Shown here piece after piece: positions 1-12,695 of a DNA stretch of 64,000 nucleotides. The translations under genes were made by a program, and so were the position numbers. The DNA comes from Moniliella sp. 'wahieum' (Eukaryota), in contig RSEE01000018.1 in NCBI GenBank assembly GCA_003971905.1, forward strand, positions 248,001 to 312,000, given 5' to 3'. The notes below the pieces were generated by a model, which saw nothing but the letters and a program-made list of their open reading frames with translations, was not told the DNA's origin and ran no database searches. Each line of letters starts with the position of its first letter. Position 1 is the first letter of the stretch.

Positions 1-3000
1 TGAGACTTAGTAGCCAACTCCTTCCAATGCGCAAACAACTGCCCGCCGTCTTGGTGCCGTAGTATCCTCGCGTCTCGTCAAACCAGGGGGAAAAACGGTT
101 CTTGAGTGCGTCCCTGGTACTTGGCGTTCTTGTCGCATTCTGCTTGTTCAAGCAGCCGAAGCAGTTCCTTCTCCCGGCGTTCCAAAGGCGACGCAGTGCT
201 CTCATGCACCACCCGCCGGTACGCGTTCTGCGCCTCCTGCGATCCCGTGTCGCGCAGCGTGTGGTCTACCTCCATTCCGGTTCCTCCCAGTGCTCCGGGC
301 CCCATCACACGGTAATCGTGCGCTGTGCCTTCCGTCCGCGCCTCGTCCCCTCCTCTTCCTCCACCATAGGTTCGTTGTGGACGTGGGTGTCGGGGATGGA
401 GCGGAGGAGCTGAGAATGGGCCTCCCGCCTGCCTCATGCAACGCACCAAACTTGGCCTGGGTGCGGGTGCAGGACATGATGTGTTCCAGCGAGGACATGA
501 CGCCGCACTTGCACATGCTGCGCGTGGTGCGGCACAGCGTGCGGAGCTGGAGACCAACCTGACCTGCTGGTCAGAGAGCTTGAGGTACGGGACGGATGGA
601 ATGGCGGAGAGCCAGTTGTGGCTCAGCGGGTTGCTGTGCTCAACCACATGGCGACCGTCGGCATCGTCCAGCTTCTGGAGCAGCTCCTGTCCTGTCGACT
701 TTGCTCCCACATCTCGCGGCAGCGCTGGCGTTGCTTCGTAAATGCGTTGGCCCTTGCCGTTTGCGGTCCCGAACGGTCAACATAAGTGGTAATGAGATAG
801 TCGTTGACCTCGTTGGCCGCGGCACGGGCGTGGGGCGCGATATACGAGTAAAGCGGGCTGCCACATCCTCCCAGCCGAAGAGGCAGGCTCATGCATGTCG
901 AAGTGGTCGTCCTTGGTACCTTGGGGGTCCTCGTCGCCCCGGATCCGTCTGAACTCCGTACAGATGAAGGCATCAATCTCGGCCAGCACGTCGTCTAGCT
1001 CTCCTTCCATCTGCATGGTGCGGAGCAGGTGGCGCAGCTTGGTCTGAGTGCTGAGCCGCCATAGTAAGAGGCGTCCCTGGCGGGTGATGCCATCAAACTT
1101 AGGCATGTTTCTCCCTCAGACTGGCCAGTTGGGCCCGGAGCCACGATCGACGACAGTCTACCCCTCCCACACAAGTGCCAACCTGCAGACCATCCCCCCC
1201 GAATCTGGTCCCGGTCCCGCTCGACACACTTACGCAGGTTGAGCTTGAGGCCTGACGCGTCGTCTTCCAAAAGCTCCGCGGCTAGGCCGGTAATGCCTGG
1301 CCCTGGACCGAAAATCGTAATGTCGTCCAGGTATGCCATCACCAGGTGCCCCGGCGGCAGGTCCTGTTCCAGTTTCTCCAGCGTGGGCGCACTGCAATGG
1401 AGAAGAAAAAGGGGGCGAGGGGTCGCCCTGCCGTACGCCCTCTGCCGACAGGACGTTGGTCTCATTTCCCCGCCCGACGCGACCCAGAGCTGGGTGGGGG
1501 AACCATAGATCCATCGGCCCAAGGTGAGGAGATGGGGGGCGTAGGCATGGACGCCTTGGCGAGTGTGCGACGGGCGCACAGTGTTGAAGGCGTTGGTAAG
1601 TCGAGCATGGCGACGTGGCTGAAGTCGCCCATTCCGCATCGTTCTCCCCGCCTGGCGCTGTCATGCGCTCGACCATCCGTACGATAGGCTCCACCCCGTT
1701 TTGCGGCTACTTCTACCCCAACTGGGTGGGAGAAGCCAGCGTTGGGGGCGATCGCTCGAGCGATGGCCTTGGCGCACAGGCGGTAGATCAGCTCCCCGCA
1801 GGCGATGGGGCGGATGCCTCCCGATGCCTTCTCCAGGGGGGTAAGGCGGAGGCCAACAGGAGCTCGCGTCCTGGGGCAGTGCCGTGGTAAATGCTCTTGG
1901 TGAGGGCGGTGAGAAAGCGACGAAGCGCTTGCATTCAAGGGCCGTTCTTAGGAGGGCTGGGTCCACCCGGATAGACCTGCCCCAACGTCGATTCTGAACG
2001 TGGCAATCAAGGCAACAAAGTCGATTTCGTCCAAGTCCACCACGATACGGCCACTGTCCGTCGTGTCGGTGAGGGTGGTGCCCGCGGTACCACGCGGCCT
2101 GTGTGGGTGGGACGAGTGCGGGTGGTGTGTTGCCAAAGGCTGTGCCCGGGCCGAGGCTGAAGGGGTTCGCCTCTCCAACGGGATGGAGCTTTTCCAGGCT
2201 TGCCTGGGTCTCGGGGTGAGAGGGGCAATGGTGGATTGGCCGACGAGGGTACTTTGCTGCGCGCTGAGGCAGCCCTCCCGAATGAGGCGGTCGGCCTTGG
2301 TGACTGGGTCGAGTGCCTCGCGCGTTGAGAAGTCGGGGGGCGGAGGGAGTTGCCAGGCGCTGTTGGGGTACGTCCCGATGAGGTTGTTGTCCTTGTTGTG
2401 GTGGCGGAGTACTTCCTTAGGCACCGCTAGAATATCCATCAGGGTGCTGACGAGGGCTCCTGCAAGTAAGCGTCCGCCAACGGCCGAGCATCTGGAGGAA
2501 AGGGCGCTTCAGGTGTGGCGGTATCTGCGTGTGCCTGGCGCTCGGCCAGGGCGGTCAAACGGGGAAGGAGGTCGGCCCCCGTGTCGGTCGAGGGGTTGCG
2601 CGGTCGTTGGTGGCGGTGGTGGTGGGGGCGCTGCGGCAGCGGGGGGGGCGGTGTGCGCGGGGGCGCGGGGGGTTGAGGGGTCGTGGGTGGCGGCGGCGGG
2701 GGGGGCTGTCTGCGCGGGGGCGCGGCGCGGGCGTGGGTAGTGGGGCGTGGGGTTTCGGCGCCGTAGCCGTTGGTTGGCTGTTCGGACGCCCACCGGGGGC
2801 TGCGGCGCCGGGGGTGGCGAGTTGGGGGTTGGGGAGGAGGGCGTGCCTTGACCCGTACTTCGGGCACCCGGGTTCCTGGCTTCGGAGTTGCGGGGCAGCG
2901 CGGTGTTGTGTGCCAGGGTTCGTGCAAAGGGAGCAATGATACTCGCGCTTGGGGGGTGGGTCGGTGGCGGGGGGGGCGGGGTGGTGGGTACGGGACGGGT

Positions 3001-3097
3001 GGTGGGGATGGGGGTGGGGGTGGCGGCGGCGGGGCGGGGTGTCACGTGCCAGGACCCCAGGTGGCAGCAAGCCGGCGCCGGTCACGTGGTCAGGCAT
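1..3097 (-). CDS. Retrotransposon polyprotein (Zn finger-RT-CCHC-RLE), frameshifted and truncated by the window edge
   Basis: Pieced from ORFs 2555..3121, 1948..2439, 1462..1938, 1230..1694, 995..1639, 777..1106, 623..976, 78..710 and 202..516. Candidate ATG at 3097. Confidence 0.8.
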
Positions 3098-3306
3098 CTG
3101 CTCAGTTAGTGAATGTCTCATCGACCGGCACTTGGTGCTCTGGGGCCAAGGGGCGGGTGTGGGGGAAAGGCGTGTGGGGGACGGAGGGGAGCGTGGGGTG
3201 GGCTCCCGGGGAGGGGGTCTCGGGCGCCAGGACCTCTCGGGGGATCCGCCATACGGGTGCGCAACACCATGGGCGGTGCCGGTTGGGGTCGCCGGGTGTG
3301 CACCCG

Positions 3307-3389
3307 AAGGTGGGGCGCAAGGGGCGCTCCCAAAGGTGGTGGTCGCAAGGGGCGCTCCAAAGGTGGTGTCGCAAGGGGCGCTCCCAAAG
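3307..3389. repeat. Three tandem 26-28 bp units in the retrotransposon 5' region
   Basis: Core CGCAAGGGGCGCTCC(C)AAAG at 3316, 3344 and 3370. Confidence 0.85.
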
Positions 3390-5069
3390 AACTCCCTATA
3401 ACTACGGTGCCGACCACAACATAGCGGACCCGACCATCGAGCGGGGCGGGTCTCGTCGCGTGTCGTATTGCGGTTCGTGTTCGGGGGACACTGGGGTGGA
3501 GGAAGAGTGTGGGAGACTTCGAGGATGATCGTGGGTCATGCATCATGTCGTGGGTGGCAAGCATTCAGCAGTAAATTTCGGCTGGTGGCTCTCACATAAA
3601 GGCGCGTCCCCAATGCAGTCGTGCTGGCATCCGAGAGGTGGAACGAAAGGGTGCCATTGGGTTTAATCTCAATATGGCTGCGAAGCTCCAGAAGGAGGTA
3701 ATCGTTGGACTTCCCCCGAACGGAGAGCAACAAGGAATCGTCAGCGTGGATCGCCAGGAAACGGGGTCTAAGGAATCGGTGCGGCGAATATGGGCAAAAT
3801 GGGAGCGGTAGTTACGGTTTCGGTTACAGCGCGAGAGGAACAGGCAAGGTCGGAAGAGTGGGGGAACTTGCGTCTGGCGTCTCCTCAGCCTCCCCGAACC
3901 CATGGGGAGGGAAGAATTAAGTGGGGGGCTGATCAAGGAGATATGGTTGGACTGCTCATGGGTCCGGGGACCTTCCCAAAACCAGGGAGGACCGGTACAG
4001 GTAACATGCATAGAATGAGACAGCGCCAATGCCAGCGGCGTGCACGGCCCGTACCTGCAAGGACTATATAGAAGCATGACTAGGATGGAGTGAAGTAAAT
4101 GTATTCTTATCCTTGACGACGGACGGACGTGCGCCCGAATCGTGTTGCGCAGGGAGGGTGGTGGCGGAAGACTCCCCGCGCATTCCTATTTGTGGCCACG
4201 AAGGGAAAGGTTGGGCACAATGAGGCGATCGGGGGCGGTTACAGGGAGAATATACGGAGGCAGTACTATGGAAAAGTAGGGGAAGGGACCCACCGTCGGA
4301 AAATCTTCGCAGAGGAGCGTGAGATCCAGCGAACCCAGCTCAACCCCTCCGTGCAATTTTGATCCGGGCCGCAGGACGCCGGTGCCCTGGCTCACCCCGC
4401 TTCCACTGGGATGAACCACCGCCCCGAGAGGATCGGCCTGCTCGAGAACGAATTACCCAGCCCAAAAAGGGGTGTGACCACGCGGTTTACGTCCAGACGC
4501 TCATCCCTGAGAAAACCCGGAGGCCGTATGGCTTCACGACGCGCGAGATGACCGTCAAAAGACGGCCATAGTCTTCATCCGCTTGGCACGCTGCAACACT
4601 TGGATCGTGCAAACCATTGAGCAAACGTGAGCAGAATAGCAAATCAGGGACAGGTTGAGCACGCGAGCGCATCCGTAGCTTGTAAACGATGCTGCGGCGG
4701 CGCTCATCGTACTTGGTGCGGACAAAGTGCCAATGCTAAGGTCCAGAAGTTGCCGCAAAAGGGAAAAGAGGTCCGCTGTTGTGGTGATGACTGACCGTAG
4801 CGTTGAAGCAAAATTCAGAACAACATGGACGCCATGCCTCCAGTTTCAGAAGAAGTGCTGGTCGAGCTCAGACGTTTGGTGGAAGGCGGTACGCAACTCG
4901 TTGAAGTGGCGCGCGACCGACGTTGGCGAAGACCGATCCCTGGGAATCCGTTTAGTAGGATCATTATCGATCACGTTCACGATGATTGCTCGAGAGATGA
5001 GATTCGGTTTAAGAGATTGTTGAGATGGCCATGAAAATCAGGTGCACGGCTTTTGTCCCACACGAAACT

Positions 5070-5225
5070 AACCCCTACAGAGGAACATCGAGCAGCGAGT
5101 CGCCAGCATCAGGGGCTAAAAGCTGCGGAACAATGAAAACAGGAGAGAGAAAACAACGGAACTCCAAGCCCTGAGGAAGAACTGAAGGGACGTTGGCCAA
5201 AGCACGAGCCACCCGGTGGCTCAAC
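5070..5225 (+). repeat. Diverged partial copy of the LTR at 38193-38425
   Basis: GAGGAACATC.AGCAGCGAGTCGCCA..AGGGGCTAA..GCTGCGGAACAA..AACAACGGAACTCC..GAACTGAAGGGAC.TTGGCCAAAGCACGAGCCACC..TGGCTCAAC is collinear with about 38274-38424. Confidence 0.85.
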
Positions 5226-5691
5226 CGAGCCGCCAGACTCAGTATCAGGATATCTTTTCAGGTTCCTGTTGTTTGGCTTCAAGAGCCACAAAGCAGACGT
5301 TGACCGGTCAACCGCCACGATCGTGCTGATGAACGCGCAGCACCACAACGCACAGAAAAAAAGGCACCCCCCCCTTCTTCTCTTGGTTGTGGCCGGGCTG
5401 CCAGTGATAGGTCGCTCCGGGACTGGTGGGCTTTCCTTGGTGCATCAGGATAAACTGCGGGCGACACCACTGACCTCTCGATTGGGTTTGAGCGAACAGC
5501 GTGAGCCTACTGTGGTATATAAGCGCAGCGTTTACATCTTTTTTTGTGCTGGTTCATTCAGAATGCGGAGCGGACGCGCGGAATTAGTAATTCCACGCCA
5601 TATTTTTTTTTTCGGTGCGCTACCTCCTTGAGCTGCGGCAAGCCGGGGTTAACTCTGTCCCTACCACCCGTACCCGTTTTCAAGCAGCGCA

Positions 5692-6141
5692 ATGGCCCCA
5701 CGAGCAACTCCTGGTACGTTCCACACATACAGGAAGTTTTGAGGTTCCATGCAACTAACGTTTGGATACAGACAAGATTGGCTCTCTACTGTTTTGCAGT
5801 GCTTGCGGCAGCTTGCTGGACATGGTGTCGGATGACGATGTGATCAAGTGCGGTGCCTGCGGGACAGGACAAGATGCACATGTCTATGATGGGTTGACTG
5901 TCGTGACCCGTTCGCATGCGTCTGCATTTCCCTCGGTGCTCCGGCAAAAGCGGCAGCTCGTATCGACGGTCCGGGAGGATGGGGAGGGCGGAGAAAAGGC
6001 GGCGACGATCAACGAGCGCTGTCCGAAATGCAACCACCCCGAGTTGATGTTCCACACTCTCCAGCTCCGCTCGGCCGACGAGGCTCCACTGTCTTTTACG
6101 ACTGCCCAAACTGCGGATACTCGTTTAGCCAAAACAACTAA
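5692..6141 (+). CDS. RPA12: RNA polymerase I subunit A12.2
   Basis: MAPRATP, intron 5714-5771 (GTACGT..CTAAC..CAG), then DKIGSLLFCSACGSLLD, CGACG, and C-terminal ribbon ERCPKC..FHTLQLRSADE(G)STVFYDCPNCG. One missing G at about 6083; TAA at 6139-6141. Confidence 0.93.
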
Positions 6142-7950
6142 CCGCCGCAAGGGTCTTTCTTATGTTGCCCAATGTACTTTTACTTTCATGGACATGCCGG
6201 GGGGGATTGGGATGGTTGACAGCGCGATCGATGAGTTCGAAGGTTAATCGACAATGCCTGGTTGGTCATGTGGACCGCGCGGCGTCGGTATGCCGCGAGG
6301 GGGACCGTGGACACAATTCGGCACTTTTGCCGAAATGATTAATGAGCCCCAACAGGCAGCGTCACGTGGACGTTGTTTCGCAAGGCGGCACTTGGCTAAT
6401 TGAAAGGATGGAAAAGGGCGGGGGTTCGCTGGTGCCTGCTGTCGGAGTCTGCTGCATGGAGCAGGTGGTGGCCCAGATCTTGGTTCCACTGATGGATGTA
6501 CAGTCAAGCATGAAGCTCTTCAAGACCGCCGCGATCGTTGCCGGATTTGCCGGTTACCGGCTACCCCGACTCAAGAGCTTGGCTGGGACTGTGGGGTTGT
6601 GGTTGTGTATGGATTCAGTATGACAAGTGAGCGCTTACTCATAGGCCTGGTCGTTGAATTGAACGTTGGAACGTTGAACGGCCGTAAAAACATGCAGCGC
6701 TAATAAGCGCTAGCGGGCACGCGGTAACCGGTAACGTGTACCGCAGCTGACGCAGATGGCGCCTGGAAAGAGGATGGATGGCATGCGCCTCAGCTGGGGC
6801 CGGCGCTGGTGGCCGCGTCTTGGTTGACGTGGATTGGGCTGTGCCTTGCCAACGGGTGTGATGGATGCGATGGAGGTGAGATGCGAGCATGTGAGATGTA
6901 TATTGGCGTTGAGTAACCAGTAACCCCAAGGCGGAAGCGCAGACGCAGAGCAGTGGAGGCCCAGCGCACGGGGGCGCAGCGGAGCTAATGCGCGCATGCA
7001 CGGCCTGGGCATTGTGCTCCCGTGCCTGGCGCAGCCAATGTGAATGCGAGGCGGGGCCAATTCTGAGATCTGATCGATCTGAGTAGGCTTTAAGCGCAAG
7101 CGTACCGCGTACGCCTCTGCGCCCTTGCAGCCTGCAGCATGGAGTGCGAGCAGCGATTAGGCCGGTTAATTACTAAGTGCGGCGCTGGACGTACTGGCGG
7201 CGTTCCAGCTGCAGCGCTGCAGCCCAGCAGCGGCTCAGCGCGACGGACTTGGCCCGCCCGTCGCTGCTGCTACCCGCAGACTGGGCCAGTGCCGCCGGGT
7301 TGCACGCCGCACCAGGCAGCACGCAAGGGGCGCTGCGCTCAGCCGCTCAGCGGTCAGCTGGCCCACACGCGTGACGCATGATGCCTGACGCGCAAGGCAC
7401 CAGGCCACACCCGACGTACCCCACATCCCCAGAATGCATGGGCATCATGCATCACGCTTCCGCTCTGTGGCAGTGTGCGGCGAAAGCGGACACAAGCACA
7501 GCGCATCTCCCCTGTGCGCAGCTGCTCAGCGCTCACGCTCACCCGCAGCCGTCACGCGTCACCAGCCACTGGCCACCTCCCCCGCCCGCCGCCACCACCG
7601 CCGCCGCCACGCCCACCGTCCCCCACCAACCGCGGTCGCCTCCACGCCTCCTGCCCTCCTGTGTCCGCTGCGGCTGGCTGCCCCCCTCCGCAGTCTCTGC
7701 CTGCCGCACACATCCCTACGCCCCATGCCCAGCCACACCGTCGCCGCCGGCGGTCCCCAGTCTGCCCCGCCCTCCCTCTGCCCTTCCGCGAATCCTCCCC
7801 GCCGAGTTGACGCGCAACACGCCCTCCCCCACCAGCTCCGCGCCCGTCACAACCAGCAGCGACGGCGTCCCCAGCGACCCTGAACGCGACGCCGCCCCAT
7901 CCGCCCTCAAGCAGCACGCCCCGTCTGCTTCGCGTGCCCACGCCACGCCC

Positions 7951-10900
7951 ATGCACTCGGACAACGCCCCGGGCTCCTCCGATGCTCTTTCCAACACCCG
8001 CTCCTGGCATCAGCCCGACATGGCTGGTGCTCTGTCTCACGCCCACACCCACCCACACCCCGTCAAGCTTGATCGGGCCACGACGCCATGTTTGACGAGA
8101 TGATCTGCTCTGACAGTGTTGGGTATACCATCATGCATCATGCCCTCATTCAGTTCGAGTTTGCTCGTCGCCCTGCGCGCTGACCCCCCCCCCCATCCAT
8201 ATTTGCATGTTCAGTCCCGCCATCTCGCACGCTACCGCTGCTGCTGCCACGCCCTCGCCCAAGCCCCCTGGGACCCCCCCACTACACCCAGCGTATCGGC
8301 TACCGAGTTCCGAGACGACACTTCGGCCGTCGGCTCGTCTGTGACGGCAGGAGCGCGTATAGTCGTGCCATGCGGAAACGGGGATCCGATGCATCTACGA
8401 ACCTGGCTCAATTTGGTGTGGGCTCCCACTATAGCCACACCAGCGACGCCGATCTAGGCTACACGGCCAGACCATTGTTCGCCCTCCCCGAGACCAGCTG
8501 GGCAAGCTGCAAGTTCACGTGCATGGCGTAGCACTTATTGGGGCCAAGAGTCGTGTGGAGACACAAATCCGCATGCGCATCGAGCTCGTTCGTAGCAAGG
8601 TGTATTCCGCCGGAAGTTCCGATCCTCAGTATGCAGAGGAATTGGCACCTGCCTTGGGCATGTCCTCGAGCCAAGCGGCTAGCACTGCCCAGGCCCTCTT
8701 TGGACCCCAGAGTTGTGGCAGCGCATTGGGAGCTTCACCCACGTCAAGTTACCTCCAGGAACAGGAACTCGGCGGAAAAGCCGCAAGTTTAAGGAGCCGC
8801 AGGTTGATCCACAACAGACGTTGTTTCTCGATGCACTGTGGTAAACGCTCCTCACCTCACGACGACGCGTCTATGTTTGTGAGGGATGCCGGACGAGGGA
8901 GCGCAAGCGTATCCTCCGGATGAAGGGCCGATCGAAGCACAACGGTGACACAAACAAGTCTACCAGCACCGGCGACAGTGCCGGCGACACGGGTAGTGCG
9001 GACGGGGCCGAGGCGACCGCAAGGGTTCTGGGCTTGAGGGCCGAGGAACCCCCCACCGTGGAGGAGATCCAAGCGCTTGGCATTGATCCTTCCCTTCCAA
9101 ATGCGGTCCAGCTAGCTTTGGGAGTACGGGAAGAGCGGGCACGGGAGCGCGTTGTTGTGTTCAACACGGGGCGACTTTGTCGAGTTTCACAATGGCGAGG
9201 CTGTCCTGCCCACTCGCATCACTTGCTACGTCGGCATCACAAGGAGAAAATTGGCTTTTGCATTATCTTCACCCTGCGAGACTGGACAGGGCAGCTGCTT
9301 GCCACGGGCCTACTACTCCGCCCATTATGATCACTGACGATCACAACCTCTCAGGGCCCTCAAGCCCAGGCCCAATACAAGCCCAGGCCGATGCTCTCGC
9401 CGAGGTGCTCACCCAAGCCCGCGCTAATAGGGCGGCCAGCCTTCGTGCGCAAGGATTCACACCTCCTCCTCCGCCATTCAACTTGGACCGCGCACTTCTT
9501 CTTCCATGTCGTCCCAGCCGATGGCCCGTCTTCCATATGGTTTGGATAGTGCGGGCAGCATCCCCGTCCAGGCAGCACTGCAGTCGCATGTCTAAAGAGC
9601 GGCGTAAGAGCTCAAGTTCGCGATCGAAGCCATATGCCCGCCGGGCTACTATGCTTCCTCGTCGCCGACGATGGGTTCTGCACAGCACGTCCGCCACATC
9701 GACACCCTTCTCGCTCCTCCTCGCCACAGCCGCACGCTCATGTCCCCTGATTCGAACGATGGGGTTGTGCCGGAATTTGATTCCCGCATGTCGATAACCT
9801 CGACTGCTTCGCTTCAGCCCCCCGATGCCTCGCTTCACTCGCGCAAGAGTGTCGTCAGTCCGCTGTCTGCCCCGGAAGCGCAGCACGTCGATTCGCCCGT
9901 CTCCAGTCATGGCACAGTGCCAACGGGCCCGGTGCCTATATCCGCGCTCCAATCCGGCTTGGCACCAGGTACGCTTCAACCTTTGTCCGAACCAGAGGCG
10001 TTCTCTGCACTGAACCCTCCCGCGATAATTTCCCGGTCTATCCGGACTCGGCCATGCTTCTTCAAGCCTATTCGTTTGCTCAGGCTCAGGCCGAAGCGAC
10101 GTTTGGGAACAACCCCATGTTTTTCAATAGCCAAGGCCAGCCCAATCCGCATGTGTATGCCGCCATGCTCTCTGCGATGCAATCGCTTCGCAATGGGCCA
10201 CAGGCCAACACGGCTGGGGAGAACCCATCTGTGCCTCTTCCCCCGCCCTTCGACTGTTCCCCCGGCCCCTAGCCCTCGAGCTAGCGTGGCTGGGCTGGTC
10301 GACGTGCCAATGGACACATCGGGGAGTCAGGCCAGTGTGCAACCCACATCGCAGACTCCCAATGGGGAAAGCCTTGCTACTTGTCCCCAAATTACCCAAC
10401 TCATCCCGTACGAGGGCCCTATTACGGGAGGATTGAAGTTACTGTGCTGGGGAAATTTTGTCGAGGGCATCAGCGCCGTCTTTGGAGACTCTCCGGCCAT
10501 TCTACAAAGTATGGGCCAAGAACACGCTGGTCTGTCTTCTTCCTCCCGCATGCACCCCAGGTCCGGTGGTTGTCAGCCTGCGTCTACCCGACATGCGAAG
10601 CCCCTATCCTTCGAAACTGATGATCACACGGCCCCACTGGCCTTCTTTACCTACGTGGACCATGCGGACCGTTCGTTGATGGAACTCGCTCTGCAAGTGG
10701 TGGGGCTCAAGATGACTGGTCAGATGCACTCGGCGCGGGATGTTGCGATGCGCGTGGTTGGGTCCGGCGCTGGGAATGTGGGTCTTTCAGCCGGGATGGG
10801 GCGGGGCTCGTCGACGGCTGGGGTAGATGGGCAGGAACGCTTGGCCGACGAGGACGGGGTTGCATCACCGTTTTCCGGCCTTGCCCACCTCGCTGGCGCC

Positions 10901-12424
10901 CAGTCGTCCAAACCGTTCAACTTGCAAGATTCGCTCTTATCGTTACTGGCGCTGTCGGATGAGCGCGTTGCGGTTCCGCCTTGGCCTGCCGAAACCGAGG
11001 AGTCTGCCGCGCCATGGGCTCCTCTGCCCGCCTGGCTCCCCACCAGCGCGGGCGTGCGATTGGCCTGACCAATCCCGCGGGCAAACGCTGCTTCACCTGG
11101 CGTCGTGCTGGACTTGCCACGCTGGTGGACGAGTTGCTGCGTCGGGGCGCGCCGGTGAACGCGCAAGATGCATGTGGCCTCACCCCGCTCCACTTTGCCG
11201 CCCTCCACGGGCGCACGGACGTGGCGCGTGTCTGTTGCGCCACTTTGCCAACCCCTGGGCGCTGACGCGCACGCGCCTTTCGCCTCTCCACGCTTGCTCC
11301 GCCGGCACGACGAGGTGGCGGTGCTCCTCGAGACGCATGTTGCCCTTGTTGGTGCTGCGCCTGGGCACGCGTGCCCATCCACGCGCACGGCGCACACCGA
11401 AGCTGGGTCGGAATCGGAATCAGAATCAGAATCAGAGGCCGAGTCGGAATCCGACTCGTCCTCCGCTGCCCAGGAGCGCGAAAGCCAGAGTGACGCTGGC
11501 GTCGCGGAAGTATCACGTACCCCCGCCCTGGTGGCCCTGGGGCCCCGGTGCACCTCGGTGGATGAAGACAACATGTCATCCAGCTGCCGGTCCGCGTCCG
11601 CGTCCGAGTCCGAGTCTGCGTCCGAGTCTGATTTGGACGCGCGTCCGGCTCGTGTCCAGGCTCCTGCGCCCGTGGTCTGCTCGGATTGGCAAGCCGGGTT
11701 GGGTTCCTTGGCAAGGGAAAAGCCAGAAGCGATGGTGGCGTCCATCAAGGAGGCAGTGTCCCCCGAGAAGTTGGCCGGGTCGGAAAAGAGGGGCAGCGTG
11801 TCGGAGGAAAAGAAAGCTCTTGCGGCCCGCTTGGCGGGAACGGCCTCCATGTCGATGTCCATGGCAGGGGAGACCAAGGCAGGAGCGGTCCCGTCGGTCA
11901 AGGCGGCTGCCGAGAAGCCACCGCGCTCCTTTGGCCTGTCCAAGTTGCAGCACTTCCTCTCCCCTGCTGCCTTTACCGCTGCACCCATCTCGGTCTTCCA
12001 CGTGGCGCTTCCCTCGAGCGAGCACGTGGGATGCCAGAGGCAGAGATCAGCAAGGAGGTTGGGCCCCAGCCTCCGGCCTACGATACCGCCGCAGCTCCTC
12101 CTTACCCGTGTCGCACCCTCCTCCCCGGCGGCTCTTCTTCCGGCGGGGCGGGCGGGACCGCGATGCGCAAGCGCGGGTCCAAGGGCAAGTCCAAGGATGA
12201 TGGTTGGGATCCGTCGCAGCGCGGCTCATGGCCCACTGGCGGGTCAAGTCGGCCAGGGGAGGGGCGCGCCCTGCCTGGTGGGAGGACCGGATGTTGGTGC
12301 TGTTTTGGGTGCCGGCCTGCTGGTGGCACTAGTGGTGTTTTTGGTCGTCTCTTTCGGGCCGGTGGTGCACCTGTTCGAGGCCCTGCGCCAAGGAAGCCTG
12401 TTCAAGCTGTATCCTGATGCGTGA
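7951..12424 (+). CDS. SPT23: SPT23/MGA2-like ER-anchored transcription factor (IPT/TIG, ankyrin repeats, C-terminal TM)
   Basis: GAKSRVETQIRMRIEL, VVVFNT, LPTRITCY.RHHKEKIGF, PPIMITDDH; IPT PQITQLIPYEGPITGGIEVTVLG; DRSLMELALQVVGLKMTG; ankyrins GQTLLHLA and NAQDACGLTPLHFAALHG; hydrophobic C-terminus. Many frameshifts and the start is uncertain. Confidence 0.9.
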
Positions 12425-12619
12425 CGAACGTCCACAGATGGGAGTCTGCCTTCATCCCACCCACCCCCTGTCCTCGTCCTTCGAAATATAAGTGGGGGCC
12501 CCGCTACCGCGTCCCCTCCTCCCGCTCCTGTGGCCGTTGCCCGTCGTCCTTGGCCCTTTTGACTTTTTGTACCGTTGTTTGCCCGCACGTTATGCATTGC
12601 CGTTCTTGTTTGCCTTTAT

Positions 12620-12695
12620 GCTTTCTGTTTCGTTTCTGTTTCGTTTTTCTGTTTTCTGTTTCTGTTTCTGTATCGGTTTCGGTTTCGGTTTCGTA
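12620..12695. repeat. Degenerate (TTTCTG/TTTCGG)n microsatellite
   Basis: ttctgttttctgtttctgtttctgtatcggtttcggtttcggtttcg. Confidence 0.8.

Larger units (their letters stand above)
1..3480 (-). mobile_element. Non-LTR retrotransposon, CRE clade (Cnl1/MoTeR-like) with RT and C-terminal restriction-like endonuclease; 3' end lies outside the window
   Basis: Motifs appear in the expected order across frames. N-terminal Cys/His motif EYHCSLC..H (about 2940), then GAGLSGWT. RT motifs LTPLEKASGGIRPIACGELIYRLCAKA, DLxNAFNTV, GVRQGDP, AYLDDITIFG and GLKLNLRKC. Then SHNWLSAIP, CCHC knuckle CKCG..SLEHIMSC, and RLE-like HDYRV..EVDHT..ECDKNAKY..FFPLV. The 5' boundary is approximate. Confidence 0.9.

Noticed and set aside
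3307..3389. CRISPR-like direct repeats
   Set aside because: There are only three units with near-identical 6-8 bp linkers, no unique spacers and no cas genes, in a eukaryotic context.
3530..5030. Minus-strand ORF fragments between the retroelement and RPA12
   Set aside because: No recognisable motif, so I cannot support a gene call.
10720..11988. Long antisense ORF (422 aa) over the SPT23-like gene, and similar antisense ORFs elsewhere
   Set aside because: These are shadow ORFs from GC-rich codon usage.
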